DNA of 64,000 bases from Octopus vulgaris (GCA_951406725.2 OX597828.1:17236001-17300000); one strand, 5' to 3'; positions 12,970-27,390 are shown, counted from the first letter of the stretch. Notes: generated by a model not told the origin, from the sequence alone. Translations and numbers: made by a program.

Positions 12970-13149
12970 TACGTATATATATATATGTATATATATATGT
13001 ATATATATGTATGTATTTATGTATGTATGTATGTATGTATATGTTATATAAGTATGAATGTCTGCATGTATGTATATGAGTGTTTATATCGAAGCTTGAA
13101 CAGAGACGTTACAAACTAACGTGCGCGGAAACAGACAGCCATATCAGAT

Positions 13150-14163
13150 AAGGATATAGTGTTTTGGACCCCTTAACTCGTGAAGCAGCACTCGGAGTTA
13201 GAAGTATTCTTGTTGGACCGGGTGTACCTTGTACACTCTTCCGAGGCAATTATCAAATTTTGTCTCAGGGTGACCATCAACGTTTCGGCCTGACTTCCTT
13301 CGCTGACACTCACACTTATTCCATGTGTAGTATGACGGGACTTGAGGATAAAGCAGATTTTCCGCAAACAGGTTTACCTGGCAAAGTTTGAAGAAAGCCG
13401 TGAGTGTAGTATCTTTTGGTTGCTCAATCAGTCAAGTAGCAGTGAAAGTAGTGAAGTACACACGCTGGTCGTTTTCAAGGTGCACTGCAAGTAATTCTGT
13501 AGTATAATATAGCCCAGAGTCTCCTCGAGGAAAATATGGCAATGAAAGGTTGGACATCCATCGGAAGCCGGAAAGCGGCCTGCACCTGCTTATAGGACGT
13601 TTGAGTGTAACATGGCCCTCCACTAAGAACGCCTATTGCTCAATGTTACGCATTTGAACTTGCAAAAAGTATGGACCATGGGTTCTTTTGCTGTCTTTGT
13701 TCACAGTAAAAAGTGTATCGTTGTAATGGCTAAACGTTCGGCAACTGGTTTCTTAAAGATAGTACTACATTGAACTCTGGCAAGGAAAGGGTAAGTGCTT
13801 CATTTATTGGGTCAAAAATGTGTCAAAAGGGTAGCTAGAGGTGCAAAACGCGTTGGTACATGATCCTTTTTGTTCTCCTCCCCCACAAATAACACATTAA
13901 CGTGTAAAACGGACGAATAAAGGCGTGAACAAAAGTTCAGCAACATATGTGCGCATACGGTCATTTTATGTGTATGCCCCCGATCGTGCATGGAAGTCAC
14001 GGGGGTGATTTCTTCGCCATGATCTAGTTCAGACTTTATGGAGTATGTGTGTAAAATTTGAGGTCAATCGGACGTTGAATGTGGATTTCTATTAAAAAAC
14101 ATAAATGTCTACATACACACACAGATACACTGACATACTGACACGCAGACACACACACAAACT

Positions 14164-14170
<7 letters not shown>
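13150..14170 (-). mobile_element. Internally deleted Helitron: 5' terminal region plus RepHel fragment
   Basis: Minus strand 13500-13155 translates as LAVHLENDQRVYFT...PKDTTLTAFFKLCQ...LLYPQVPSYYTWNK..QRRKSG..VDGHP...LGRVYKVHP...LRVLLHELRGP, the diagnostic Helitron Rep-helicase linker, with 2 in-frame stops. The minus strand from ~14170 reads (TA)n-TTGAGTTTGTGTGTGTGTCTG...CGTCCGATTGACCTCAAATTTTACAC, typical of Helitron 5' ends. Confidence 0.88.
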
Positions 14171-14216
<46 letters not shown>

Positions 14217-14228
14217 TGTCTGTGTGCG

Positions 14229-14265
<37 letters not shown>

Positions 14266-14480
14266 GAAAAAGTTATACACAATGTATGAATGGATGATGA
14301 GTAAAGCACCGGCACAGTTTAGGTTATCTATTGTTATCCGTAGACCCAGGACGACGGGTCGAAGCATGTGTATACATACATACATACATACAAGTTTAAG
14401 ACAAACTTACTTGGAAATGAGTGCATGGCTTTCAATCAAATAATAATATAAATGATATGTATACATATGTTTATATATGC

Positions 14481-14555
<75 letters not shown>

Positions 14556-14918
14556 TAAATATATATATATATACATACATACATACATATATATACATAT
14601 ATATATACACATATATATATACATATATATACATATATATATATATACACACATACATACACACATACACACACACACATGCAAATATGGGTACAGGTCG
14701 TACCCAACAGTAGACAACATGAAATACGAAAACAAATGAGTTCAATATGCAAACAACGAGAGAAACTAGTGGAAAACAGGACAAGTAAAACAAAGAACGA
14801 CCATTCGTTAGATGTGGTTGTCTATCTTCGCCTCATTTCGAGCAATGAACGACAATACGGGTATTCGATGACAGTTGCTCAAATAAGTACCAAAATAAAA
14901 TTTTGGATTTATGGAAGG

Positions 14919-14975
<57 letters not shown>

Positions 14976-15414
14976 TGTGTTACTATGTCTGTGTGCGTAT
15001 TTATATGTGTATAGGTTCGCTATTCGATGGAGTTATACACGTTTGGATGAGTTACTTGCATCAATATCTTGCAAGATTTCCTGTGCATTTTCTTTATGCA
15101 TATTGATTCGCTCCCTAAGCTATACCATAGAAGAGATTGTGAGGTCTCTTTGCTTCACTTTTGCCAATCCTTCAACAATATCCCTGGGAAATCCTCCAAG
15201 ATCACGTACGATCGGGACGAATATCTTAGAATATGTTAAGGTTTTCAGTTTTGGCTCTTGTATTCAATGGAAGTAATTAAATGGAAAGAACTTGGGAATT
15301 AGCGAGATATGATGCATATGTGCTGCGTAGGACTATGACAATGGGAAATTATGATATATGTAAATGTGTAAGTAGATCTTTTGAGCGAGTATGCATGTAT
15401 GTATATGTATATCA

Positions 15415-15476
<62 letters not shown>

Positions 15477-15762
15477 ATATCTATCTATCTGTCTGTGTGT
15501 CTGTCTGTCTGTCTATCTATAGTATATATTTATGCATATGTATATGTTTTCACACACAGACACACACATGTAAATCTACCTATGAATATCTACCTCTTTA
15601 TCTTTCTGTTTCTGTCTGTTTATATATATCTCTCTCTCCCCCTATCACACACTCTCACTTTCTTTATGTGTGTATGTGTATATATATATATATATATAAG
15701 TGTGTATATGTATGTGTGTGTGTATGTGTGTATATATATATATGTATATGTATATATATAAG

Positions 15763-15796
<34 letters not shown>

Positions 15797-15830
15797 TATG
15801 TAAATATATAAATGTTCTACAATATAGAAA

Positions 15831-15890
<60 letters not shown>

Positions 15891-16234
15891 AACACATAAA
15901 TATGCTACAATATACAGCTGTTATCATGGCGTGTTTTGCAGAAAAGAAAACGAAAAAAAAAAATAGAAATATAATAAATTTTGTTTTAGTTTTATCTCGA
16001 AGCATTATTATTGAAATATCAGTAAAGAATTGCGAAAAACCGTCACAATGGCGAAGAAATTGAATTTTTTTGTTTTTGTACTTTGGGTGTTTTGTGTTTT
16101 ACGAGTAGGGCTTATTAAAGCTGAAGTACTAAATATATTTTATTTTTCTACTTCTTAAGTATTGTGACGGTTTCCGTCTTTCTTTAGTGAACATTTGAAT
16201 GATGATGATCATAATAATAATGATGATGATGATG

Positions 16235-16297
<63 letters not shown>

Positions 16298-16298
16298 G

Positions 16299-16350
<52 letters not shown>

Positions 16351-16651
16351 ATAAATAATAATGAATATGATGATGATGATAATGATGACGATCATGATCA
16401 AGATGATGATACTATTCAAGATGATGATATATATGCATATTTATGTATTTACAGATGATATGTCTGTGTGCGTATGTCTGTGTGTATGTATATGTATAAA
16501 GATACATATATATATATATATGTGTATGTATATATGTATATATATACATATATATATATGGATATATATAAATAAATATATGCATATGTGTGTTTATATA
16601 TATATATATATATCCATAAATACACATAAACATGTATATATATATATATAT

Positions 16652-16684
<33 letters not shown>

Positions 16685-16800
16685 TACATACATACATATA
16701 TGAGCATATATATATATATATATATACATACATACGTAAATACACATGTGCATATATATCTGTACACATGTTTACATTTAAACACATATGCATGAATTTG
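14160..16800. repeat. Microsatellite-dominated region (TA)n, (TATC)n, (AAT)n, (GAT)n with short interspersed islands
   Basis: Directly visible. Confidence 0.9.
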
Positions 16801-19179
16801 TATATCATTGTGGACACGTATACATTCGTAAAGATATATTCACGAAGATCAAATTACAATTTATACATACATATGCATGTATGAGTGTATAATATGTGGG
16901 TATGTACGTAAATGTATTGAATTCTGCGAGTTTTTGTTTGTATATATGCGTACAAAATCCTCTACGTTTGCGTGTAACACGCATGATTCGAACTTCACCT
17001 TATCTTTTATGCCAAGTGAAGCGTATCGTTATAATTGGTTTATAACAAGCGAGAAGTGATTCTGATATAATTCTTAGCAAATTTGTAAAAAATATTGAAT
17101 TCGATTTTCCCATCACTTCTTTTAATTTTTACTTCAACATTTCCTGGCAGTGAGCGTAAGAAATAAATCTATAAAATAGTCTAAACCCAAAGTAGACAGT
17201 ATAAAAATATTGGAAATTCATCTACAGAACATGATTAATATTCTCATTATTTTATTTTATATATTTATTTACTTGTTTTTGTACTATCTGGTTGTGTTGG
17301 TGATGGGGGTTATGGTGGTTGAAGAAAAGGGCGAGTGACTCAATAAAATGATCTGCTTTTTATAGCTCTGTCTCCTTCCTTTCTTTTATAATTAAAATTA
17401 TTCTGAGGTCTAATTTTCCTAAATTAACAACCAGTTACGCCTTGCCATAGACGTTTTCTCTATTATAATTTTTCACCATATGTGTGAACTTTGTATCAAA
17501 ATTAGTTAAATTATATATTTAATGCAGATATACTTATTTATTTTTTAATATTATTTTTCTCTCCAGTATTTCAGATGAAATAATTTTGGTAAAATAAAAA
17601 GAATAATTTAATCTACAGAATGTTGAGTAATCTCTTGGTTTACTCAACGTGAAATAACTATCTACAGTAAAATGCATTCAAATTAGTTTTTCGATGCTTT
17701 AGTAGAGTAAACGGTACGATAGTATGATGAAAAAAAATATCACAGCTATTTGAAAATTGCATGGATGAGAGAAATAATTGAGAAATTGGGAAATTAAATA
17801 GAGTTGAATAATTTTAAAATGATGTGAAATGAGAAAGTGTAAAAGATTATAGCAAAATCTCTCCAAAATGGCGTTTATAAAGGATTGATCGAATCAAAGG
17901 TTATTAAAAAATAAAGAGAAGTTATGCTCTACTTAGAGACTAATGCGCATCGCTATGCAGAAATATATGACCTTAATAAGTCACATGATCTTTACACTTT
18001 TCAAGCATTCTACACAGGGATGCTTGAAAGAAGAAAATCTGTTGGTCAGTCGTTTTATAGATCGGTTCGTTTAAGATTTTTATGGAAAATTTAGCCAGAC
18101 ACATTTGATATCCTGGTTGTTAAGGTACGATTACGTACATGAGGTAGGTGGATTTACGATAATTGTTGTTGTACTTTCTTAAAAATCATTGAAACATTCA
18201 CACACACACAAAAAGAAAACTCTAACCGTCTCCTCTCCTTTAGCCGAAAGTAGCGGAATTACAATGTTTCCTGTATTTGTGCCAGAACACTTCTCCACCT
18301 CTCACCCTCTTTGTTTGTTTTTTTTTCCTCTTGTAGGAATTAATATCAAAATGATAAATTTTAGCCTCAGAGATTCAATCTCACTAGTTTGTGCGTAGCT
18401 TATAAAGGCTCTGAAACTAACATAGAAGTACAGGTGTATCAGATACCATAAACTATAAATTCTTGATTTATTAAAAATTATTTCCGCCTACAGATAATCC
18501 GTCCTGATTATCCAATGGCGTTAACACCAGATCACCAATGTTAATATGATATTAATTAACAAGAAAAAGCTTATGCTCTGTAGATGGGCGGTGGCTACTG
18601 TGTTAGAAACACAGGTTTCTGCCTCAAATGACCTCATGGACACGACAATTGTCCAATTTTATTTTCACTATCGAAGGGTATGAGACTTATGCCAATGAAC
18701 ATATAACATTTATGGCCCAGTTAATTTGCAGAATTTAATCAAAAGTGAGTCAGTGGGAACCGTTTTCTCCGAGTAGTATATAATTTTTTTGTCAATCGCC
18801 ATAAGATATTCCAGATGTTTTAAACAAAACCCATGATAGGATGCAATGTATTGGCTGGAATCGTTATCTTACGTTCTGAAACAATCACAAACATTGTCAC
18901 CTGATGCAGAAAGTACACAAATAACTACCAGCGTGAAACAATAGGTCGCAAATTAAACCATATCTCGAGATAATATTTTTATTCAAGCACATTCGAGTCA
19001 TACAGATTTTGTCATAAAAAGGTAATTATTACCATACAGTTTGAATCTGGACTCTCCACCTGAATGTGTACAAATTTTGATTATATACTCGAGATCAATT
19101 CTGTGGTTCCCTTAATCTCATTGTGATCTTCATATTTTAGATTCTTCAAAGGTCCAATGTATTTTTTTATTCTCTTACG

Positions 19180-19609
19180 ACGGTGGTGTGCATTTGGCTT
19201 AGATGTTCAGAAAAGAAAACCGATAGAATGGGCACTAAGCATACAAAGGATCGGTTCCCGGGTCGGTTTCTTCGACTAAAAAACCTTCAGTACAGTGCTG
19301 CAGCATGGCTGCAGTCAAATGACTGAAACGCGTAAAAGAATTAAAAAAATGCATTGGACCTTTGAAGAACCGGTTGTCAGGCGACGAGGGAGGGAGACAG
19401 GCGCAGACACAAGGACACACATCCATATATATATGTGTGTGTGTATACGACGGGCATCTTTCAGTTTACGTCTACGAGATCCACTCACAATCTTTGGTTG
19501 GCCTGAGGCTTTAGCAAAAGACACTTGACCAAATTGCCACGCAATGGGAATGAACCCGGAACCATATAGCTGGAAAGCAAGCTTCTTACCACGAATCCAT
19601 GATTACGCC
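19180..19609 (-). mobile_element. SINE family A with its 3' half inverted
   Basis: The head half reads on the minus strand (19609-19371) and the tail half on the plus strand (19181-19340). Confidence 0.85.
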
Positions 19610-22362
19610 TATGTGAAATAATTTTTTATTTGCTAACAAACCAAATTTGGATTCAAGCAACCAACACTATAAATTTACACCACATCATAACATTAGATCT
19701 GGCATAAGCACGAAAGAGGAGGCCTCTACATTTTAAATTATATATTCTAATGTCACTCAAAATTAACGATTGTTTTTAGAAAGAAAAATATATCTTAAGT
19801 ATTTTAAGTTCAATTATCATCTAAGACAACTTCTCTATCCCACCTTTTACTATAATGCAGATTCAGTTCGATCGAATATTCAAGATGCCTTGCAAAATTT
19901 ATCTTCGTACCTCATCAAAATAAATCAATATAAAGGAGAATTATTTTGACGTTATTTCTCATAGAAATGACACTAAACTCATACAGGGATATATGAATCT
20001 ATACTTACTCAGCTTGCTTATCGAGAACGAAAGAAGCAAGAACAATTCATAGCGTTGTAAATATGAGCCATTTAAAAAGAAATCAATTGAAGTAAATAAG
20101 AAGGCAAATGTCTAAAGTGAAATACTTATAGAATTCCTTATGCCATTCCTTTTATTATTCAATCCTCATTCAATAACTAGCTTTATATGTCTTATATTTT
20201 TAAGTGAATAACGTTAAAGATTAAGCAATGACTAAAAGCTTCATTGTTATAAAAATATCTTCGCTTGCTTATCGGCTTCTTTCGCTTGACTTTCGTTCGA
20301 ATATTCTGTTAATTCCCTCATCTTCAACTATAATATAGAGATATATCTTCTTACAGCTGTATGCCTTCTCAATTCGAGTTTATATTATATTTGATTTCGG
20401 CTTAAATACTTTGTGAAGGATCGTTCTGACACCAGAAATAAATTCAATTCTGCTTTAGAATTGGGAATTTTCCGCAAAACATCTCGGATCCGTTTTTTCC
20501 TTCTTTGGCAATCCCCGTGCGCTTAATAAAATTGCAGTATTAACGCTGAAAGCTAAAAGAAACAAAAACGTCTTTTACAACTGAATGTGAAATCTATATC
20601 TTTTTCAAAACTATTTCAAAACTGTATACATTTCGTCATGTATGTCTCTAGAGATTCTGTTCTCAAATTGTTTTATTTGGTGACACTAAAAGTCCTCAAG
20701 TTTTACGCTAGGAAATTCCTTTTCTTTGTTATTTTTCCGTTGAAGAAGCATATTTTAAATCTCAAAAGTAAAGGATAATCAATTTTAAGGCAGTTCCCTT
20801 CTTCTGCAAGCTGTCATTTTAAACAATGCAGCCATTAGATAAAACAGGATGAAGTTTTCGTTGCTAAAAATATAGACGTAAAATAACACACAGCGTTTAT
20901 CTGCTCTAATAAACTATTTGCTTCAGGCAGTTCTATCTGATATTTATATTCAATAGGATTGTAATGTAGCGTTTCAATTTCTGCTAATGGTAGTAACAAA
21001 ACTTTAAAAACATGGTAGCTGAAACACAAAACATTATTATTCGTTTTGTTTTTATATTTTACATTGGAAATGAATTGTATATTAATCCAAAATCAGTTTC
21101 AAATTAATTTCAATTGAGATGATCCCGAAATGGGATTTATCAAATTATTTATATTTTAGTAATTTCAGGAGGTTTTTCTTGTTTGTTTGTTTTATTTTTT
21201 AAGCCTTAATGCAGATATATATGAAAATTGTCAAAATATATTAGAAGAAAATGTTTGAATATATTTCAATGTCAAAACTAGAGAAATATATAATTTCAAG
21301 TTATACATGAAGAATTGTAGAAGCTAACTAGTCATATTTTTTAAAAAGTATTTTAATAAAATTTGTTACAAAAAAATATGCTGCAGTAAAATGATTTATT
21401 CTTTCTTCCTAAGAAATGCATAAATTAGTCGAACAGATGCTTGACGAAATATTTTCATGTTCAGATGCTGTATTTCTGGTAAAATTCTCAAAGAATTTAA
21501 GCGTATCTTTACAAATAACACCTAGTGCGATCGTAAAACAAATAAAATTACATAAACCTCTCCTCCTATTTCCCTTCCTAGCTTCCTCCCTGTCTCTTCC
21601 TTTCTCTCCTTCTCACCTTTCTCGGAATCGACCATTTTTTTTCTTTCTCTTATCTTCCTTTCCCCGTGTCAATGTTTCTTTTCTCCTTTCGTTACTGAAA
21701 TGTGGATCTATTCGACACCTCCGTTTAACATTACTTCTTCATCACAACCAGCTGAGCATAGACCCCAAAGAATCGTGCCTTTTCTTTCTATTTCCTTCTT
21801 TTTTTCTTCTCTTAACTTCTTTTACTGTCTTTACCAAAAGCTGGAAGGCAGTGGTGCTCATGACATTTTAGGGTCTTTGAGAATAGTGTGAGACGGAGAG
21901 AAGGAGTTCTCTTTACAGTCGAGACCAAACGTGGATGCTTGCAATGCAGTAGTTTCATTTAGAGGACAACCAAGCGCCAGATCTCTGTGTTAAAACATGC
22001 AATATATTGATTAAATCTACCAACCTAACAGAGATATAATAGAGATTATCCGATAAAATTTCACAGGAATTTCAACAACTCAACTAATACAGATAAAATG
22101 CACATGCTCAAAAGTATATTAAATGTCACTTGCAGACGGTGCTGCGTCGTACGCTCGAATTCCTAATTATATCATTGTGAAGTGAGGATTTTAACTACAC
22201 GTCTAGTCTACAACACAAACAAATAAGGGGTTAGAAATAACTATTAGATGATCAACCAAGTCAGTGATTACGTGTTATTTCGAGATGATATTTGCATGCA
22301 ATCACCTTCGAATCATCTGGATTTCATTATAAGAATATAAGTTGTTTTCTATATATATATAT

Positions 22363-22522
22363 AGGAGTGGCTGTGTGGTAAGTAGCTTGGTTACGAACCA
22401 CATGGTTCTGAGTTCAGTCCCACTTCATAGCACTTTGGGCAAGTGTCTTTTACTATAGCCTCGAGCCGACCAAAGCCTTGTGAGTGGATTTGGTAGACGC
22501 AAATTGAAAGAAGCTCATCGTA

Positions 22523-22602
<80 letters not shown>

Positions 22603-22800
22603 TGTGTGTCTTTATTTGTCACCCCCAACATCGCTTGACAACCGATGCTGGTGTGTTTATGTCCCCGTAAACTAGCGGTTCGGCAAAAGAGACCGAGAGA
22701 ATAAGTACTAGGCTTACGAAGAATAAGTCCTGGGTCGATTTGCTCGACTAAACGCGGTGCTCCAGCATGGCCACCGTCACATAACTGAAACAAGTAAAAT
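22363..22800 (+). mobile_element. SINE family A, near full length
   Basis: Head, internal (TA)n and tail all match 3734-4147. Confidence 0.9.
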
Positions 22801-24418
22801 TGTATATATATATAAATATTATAGCCTTGTGTATGGCCCATTTATAAAAAAAAACATTCCCTTAATTGCTGAGTGTTCTGAAATGTATTGGAAGGTTGTG
22901 ATCACGAGAAGTGTTTTCATTGTTCACATATTACACAGTTCTGATAACTGACTAAAAAATCATAATCTCTTTCAGAACCAATGGCGCATATCATGACTTT
23001 AATGACACATACTCTACATTTGATGGGTTAAACTGTAAATCAAACAACATTAATGTTATTGAACGCCCACTAAAGCAGTGATTTAGATTTAGCGTTGGCT
23101 GGATAAATGCCGAACCCCACGAGAAAAGTTTGAAATACTATACTGTGGCAACAAAAGAAGAAATAGGGGAATAAACAATGGGCTTTGGACTACAAAGAGA
23201 AAAGCAGAAACATAAGTAGCCATATATAAGGCGAAAAACAAAAACTGTAAAAGATATATATATACACGTAAATAAATAAAAAACCAAAAATCCATCATAC
23301 TAGAAGTCCCTGAAGGCAACGATGTGTTGGGCAAATGTCATTTTAAGAAGAGAAAGAGAGAGAGAAAGAGAGACAGGAAGAAAGGAAGGGAATGTAAGAG
23401 TGGTAATTCATAATGAATTGTTAGCTTACTATTCAAAATGGGAAAAATAAGCGTGATACTGCAATCGGAATTTGTAACCAGCTTGACATATATTTGTGCG
23501 TATAGCAGCTACCATATGATCTAGTTCAAATGTAATATGAGGCAACGACTCTAGTTCTACGTTTACAGATTATTTGAGCCAAACAAGAAGCATTTATTTG
23601 GTTGCTCGATCTGCAAAATAGAACAGCCAAATCTTTCTCAAATTACAATCTAGCGTTTAAGATATGGAAGAAGACGTCTGTGTGTCCAGAATATTGTAGT
23701 TGAGTAGACACTCTATCTTAAAATAATATTGGGTTGTCACAGCATACAAACATTTTATCTAAAAGGCTGATGAATCAGGGCTGATCAGGAATTAACCATC
23801 AATAACAACGACTTTATAAAGCTAAGAAAAGGAAATACAATATCATTCTACTTCTGATGACTCAAAATTTTTAATGAAAGACAACATCGTGGTAAATATC
23901 TCCCAAGTTATCGCGTACGTTTGGAGATAAAGGCAAGACACGTAGTGATTAAGAATTTAGGAATCGAAGCATTATCACAGAATAGATGCCCATTAAACTT
24001 ATCGTCGAACACGTGTGTCTAGTTACTTCAAAATCGTTACAAGTTGTCTGACTTAATATCTATATTTAGTAGAGTGATGTGAATGGCTGTATTTTAATAA
24101 GACAGGCTTTTATATAAGATCGCTCGCTTCTCCGCTCTTTGTTGTTGTTTTCTTATAGTTAAGAACTGTTTGTGGCAAAGCTTTAGAGAAATCTGCTTCT
24201 TTCTTCAGCGCCTTAAGAGGCGAATCCTCGCCGAAACATTTAGAAGTGCTGCATGTGATTTCAGGGCAAATCCATATGTGACACCTTGCGCAAGTGTTTT
24301 CTGGTACCATTGGGTCGAATAACACCTTGTGAGTATTGCTAGACGGTTACTGCGTTATATGTAATCACACAGTCTATTACAGTTTATTTTTTCAGTTATT
24401 GATATGCGAGGATACGTA

Positions 24419-24603
24419 CAAAGGGCGTTGAAAAATTCCTGGCTTTAAGGGTATCGCGAAAAGTTTAGTTTAAGGCCGATCCTTCCGATTTCTTGTACAG
24501 GGTTTATAACAACTGAAGTGTGTGAATCGGAGAGGGGACACAATTAACTGATCCTTCTGTCTTTTTTTTTTACCCAAAGCCGGAAACTTTTCAGTATCCC
24601 CTG
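24419..24603. mobile_element. Mariner-type MITE (same family as 8145-8347)
   Basis: Degenerate TIRs ...gaaaaattcctggcttt and aaagccggaaacttttcag. The interior is the reverse complement of the 8.2-kb copy. Confidence 0.7.
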
Positions 24604-24609
24604 GAAGTC

Positions 24610-26202
24610 CAATCATCGTTATTATCGTCATTGTTCTTTTTATTACCACTCTTTCCCTCTTCTTCCTCCGCCTTCTTACTATCCTCATCCTCATTCTCTT
24701 TCTCCTTCTCCTCCTCTTCCTCCTCCTCCGCTATCTTATTCCTCATCGTTATCACCGTCAACACCTTAGTCTTCCTTTCCCCCTCCCTTACCCTCATCGT
24801 CATGATATTCCTCCTCCAGTAGCTTTTCGCCGTCGTTGTCGTCGTCTACCTCCGCCTCCGCCTCCTCCTTCCACCCATCCTTTCCCTATACATCATAATC
24901 AAACTCACCTTCTCTGTCTCTCCCCTGTACATCTTCCTTCTCATCGTACTGCCCCTTCTCATATTCCTCCCCCTCCTCCTCCTACCCATTCTCTTCCTCC
25001 TCATTATCATTAACACTAACAGCAACAGCCGTATTACTGTCAATTAACCCTAACCCTAACCCTTTACGAGACTGTTTCTCAAAACAAGGAGCCGTAGACG
25101 TTAGACCAGTCAACGATCCTCTAATACATACGAGAGCAGACCATTGGTGTGAATGGCAAAAGTTTTGCTTAGCGGTATTTCGTCTGTCTTTACGTTCTAA
25201 GTTCAAATTCCACCGAGGTCGGCTTTGCCTTTTATCATTTAGGGATTGATAAATTAAGTACCAGTTATGTACTGGGGTCGATCAAATCAACTGCCCCCTC
25301 CCCCAAAATTTCGGGCCTTGTACCTAGAGTAGAAAATATTTATAGTTGGTATGTGGAGATGGAGCAAGAATTGAAGGAGGTTATGACGACGACGAGGTGG
25401 ATGACGATGAGAAGGAAGAGGAGGGGAGAGAAGGTGTTGAGAGGAATGGTGGTGGTAATAGTGAGGCCAATCTAGTATTGGTGGCTGTGGTGATGTCGAC
25501 GATGATGTGGAAAATGATTCAGATGAAGATGGTAGGGTAGTGTTAGTGTTGGGATGCTGGGGAAATGATGATGATGATGATGATACTGGTGGTAGTGGAG
25601 GCGGTTGTGAAGGTGGTAGTTGTGCTGACCATGATGGTGATTATGGCAGAGGGGTGATGGTGTTGATCGTAGTGGTGCTGATGTTGTGGCTGTGGTGATG
25701 GTGGAGGCGATGGTGATAGTTGAGGCGGTGGTGATGGTTGAGGCGATGGTGATGGTGGCGGTGGTGGTGATGGGGGTGCCGATGGGATGGTGATGGTTGA
25801 AGCAGTGGTGATGATGGAGGCGGTGGTGATGGTGGAGGCGGTGGTGATGGTTGAGGTGGTATTGATGGTGGAGGCGATTGTGATGGTTGAGGCGGTGGTG
25901 ATAGCATTGGTTATTCTGGAAGTGTCCATGACTATCATGATGATGAGGATGATGATACTGATAGTGATGATGATGATGATGGTGGTAGTGGTGGTGGTTT
26001 AGTGATGGTGGTGATGATAGGGATGATGTTGGTGATAGTGCGGACAGTCGTTGGGATGGCGTTGGCTTTAGTGGTGGTGTAGTTGGTGACTATGGTAGTG
26101 GTGGGTATGATGATGATGGTGACGATTATGATAGCGATGATGATATTACTGTTGCTAATAGTGACTGATGATGATCATGATGATGAGAACGGGAGAGAAA
26201 TA

Positions 26203-26262
<60 letters not shown>

Positions 26263-26629
26263 GATGATGATGATGATGGTGGTGGTGATGATGATGGTGA
26301 TGATGATGATGGCGACAATCAATACTATTATCATAAAAGGAAAGTCAAATACAAGTTTTCAGTGTTATATTCTAACGACAGCTTTATATGTAAATTTGGT
26401 GAATATGTCAAGACGGGAGATAGTGAAAAGGAGAAAGAATCAGAGAGAGAGAGAGAGAGAGGACGATATGTAAGAGAAAGAGAGAAGATGAAGAAAGAGA
26501 TCGTCAAGGAAGCAAGATAGTGAGATAGGGGGAGAGAAGAGGGGGTGAAAATGTACTGGAAACAGATGGAGAGAGATAGGAGAGCAGCCTATAAATGCAT
26601 TACAAAATTTAGTCGAGTCTCAGAGTACC

Positions 26630-26713
<84 letters not shown>

Positions 26714-27080
26714 CTTCATCATCATCATCAGAATCATCATCATCATGGACATCACTACAGTCACCATACCACCCACAATATCCCAACAACTAACCACACC
26801 ATCGCCAAAGTTATCATCATCACCATCACTACCACTACCACTATCACCACACCATCACCATCGCCATCACAATTACCATCATCCTTATCATGGACACTGC
26901 CCACACCATCGCCAAGCTCATCATCATCGCCATCATGATTTTGATCATCATCATCATCGCCTTGGACACCACCACCACCACCATCACCACACCATCATCA
27001 CCTCCACCGTCATCATCATCATCATTGCCATGGACACCACCATAGTCACCATCACCACCAATGACTACCCGCCATCACTA
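24610..27080. repeat. Compound triplet blocks (TCC/TCA, GAT/GGT, ATC/ACC), an 18-bp minisatellite at ~25695-25900 and (TAACCC)3 at 25045-25063
   Basis: Directly visible. The 18-mer is GGTGATGGT(G/T)GAGGCG(A/G)T. Confidence 0.9.
25152..25335 (+). mobile_element. SINE family B
   Basis: gcttagcggtatttcgtctgtctttacgttctaagttcaaattccaccgaggtcg... matches the cluster copies. Confidence 0.85.
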
Positions 27081-27084
27081 ACGT

Positions 27085-27390
27085 CATCATGGGACTGCAA
27101 CCTAGAAAGTTCACATCCGAGGGACAAATCTGTTTGTGGAAGACATACATACCGCCCATACATACCGGCCTCCCTTCTCCATGCCACCGATGTCATCCAC
27201 GGAGACGGCAAAGATAGATACAGCTTGGCACCGAAGACGTCGCAGTTCATTTCTACATTTGAATGACCTGGAGCAACGTAAAATAAAGTGTCTTGGTCAA
27301 GAACATAACACACAGCCCGGTCTCGGAATCGAACTCACTAACTAAAGGTTGTGAGCCAGGTGCTTTAACCACTGAGACATGAACCTTCAC
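27085..27390 (-). mobile_element. SINE family C
   Basis: Reverse complement matches 7781-8100. Confidence 0.85.

Noticed and set aside
14343-14370. GACCC...GGGTC-GAAGCATGT as another hammerhead
   Set aside because: The stem and a GAAA-like segment are present but there is no CUGANGA-like core.
15040-15350. Coding-looking minus frame (IFVPIVRDLGGFPRDIVEGLAKV...)
   Set aside because: It has in-frame stops, no recognisable family and no splice support. Probably an unidentified TE scrap.
17999-18029. 12-bp hairpin (also an 8-bp hairpin at 35747-35766, and short tandem duplications at 4241-4277 and 57709-57731)
   Set aside because: Small enough to be expected by chance or by ordinary slippage.
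25045-25063. (TAACCC)3 as telomere or healing site
   Set aside because: Only three units at the edge of a low-complexity block, which is insufficient evidence.
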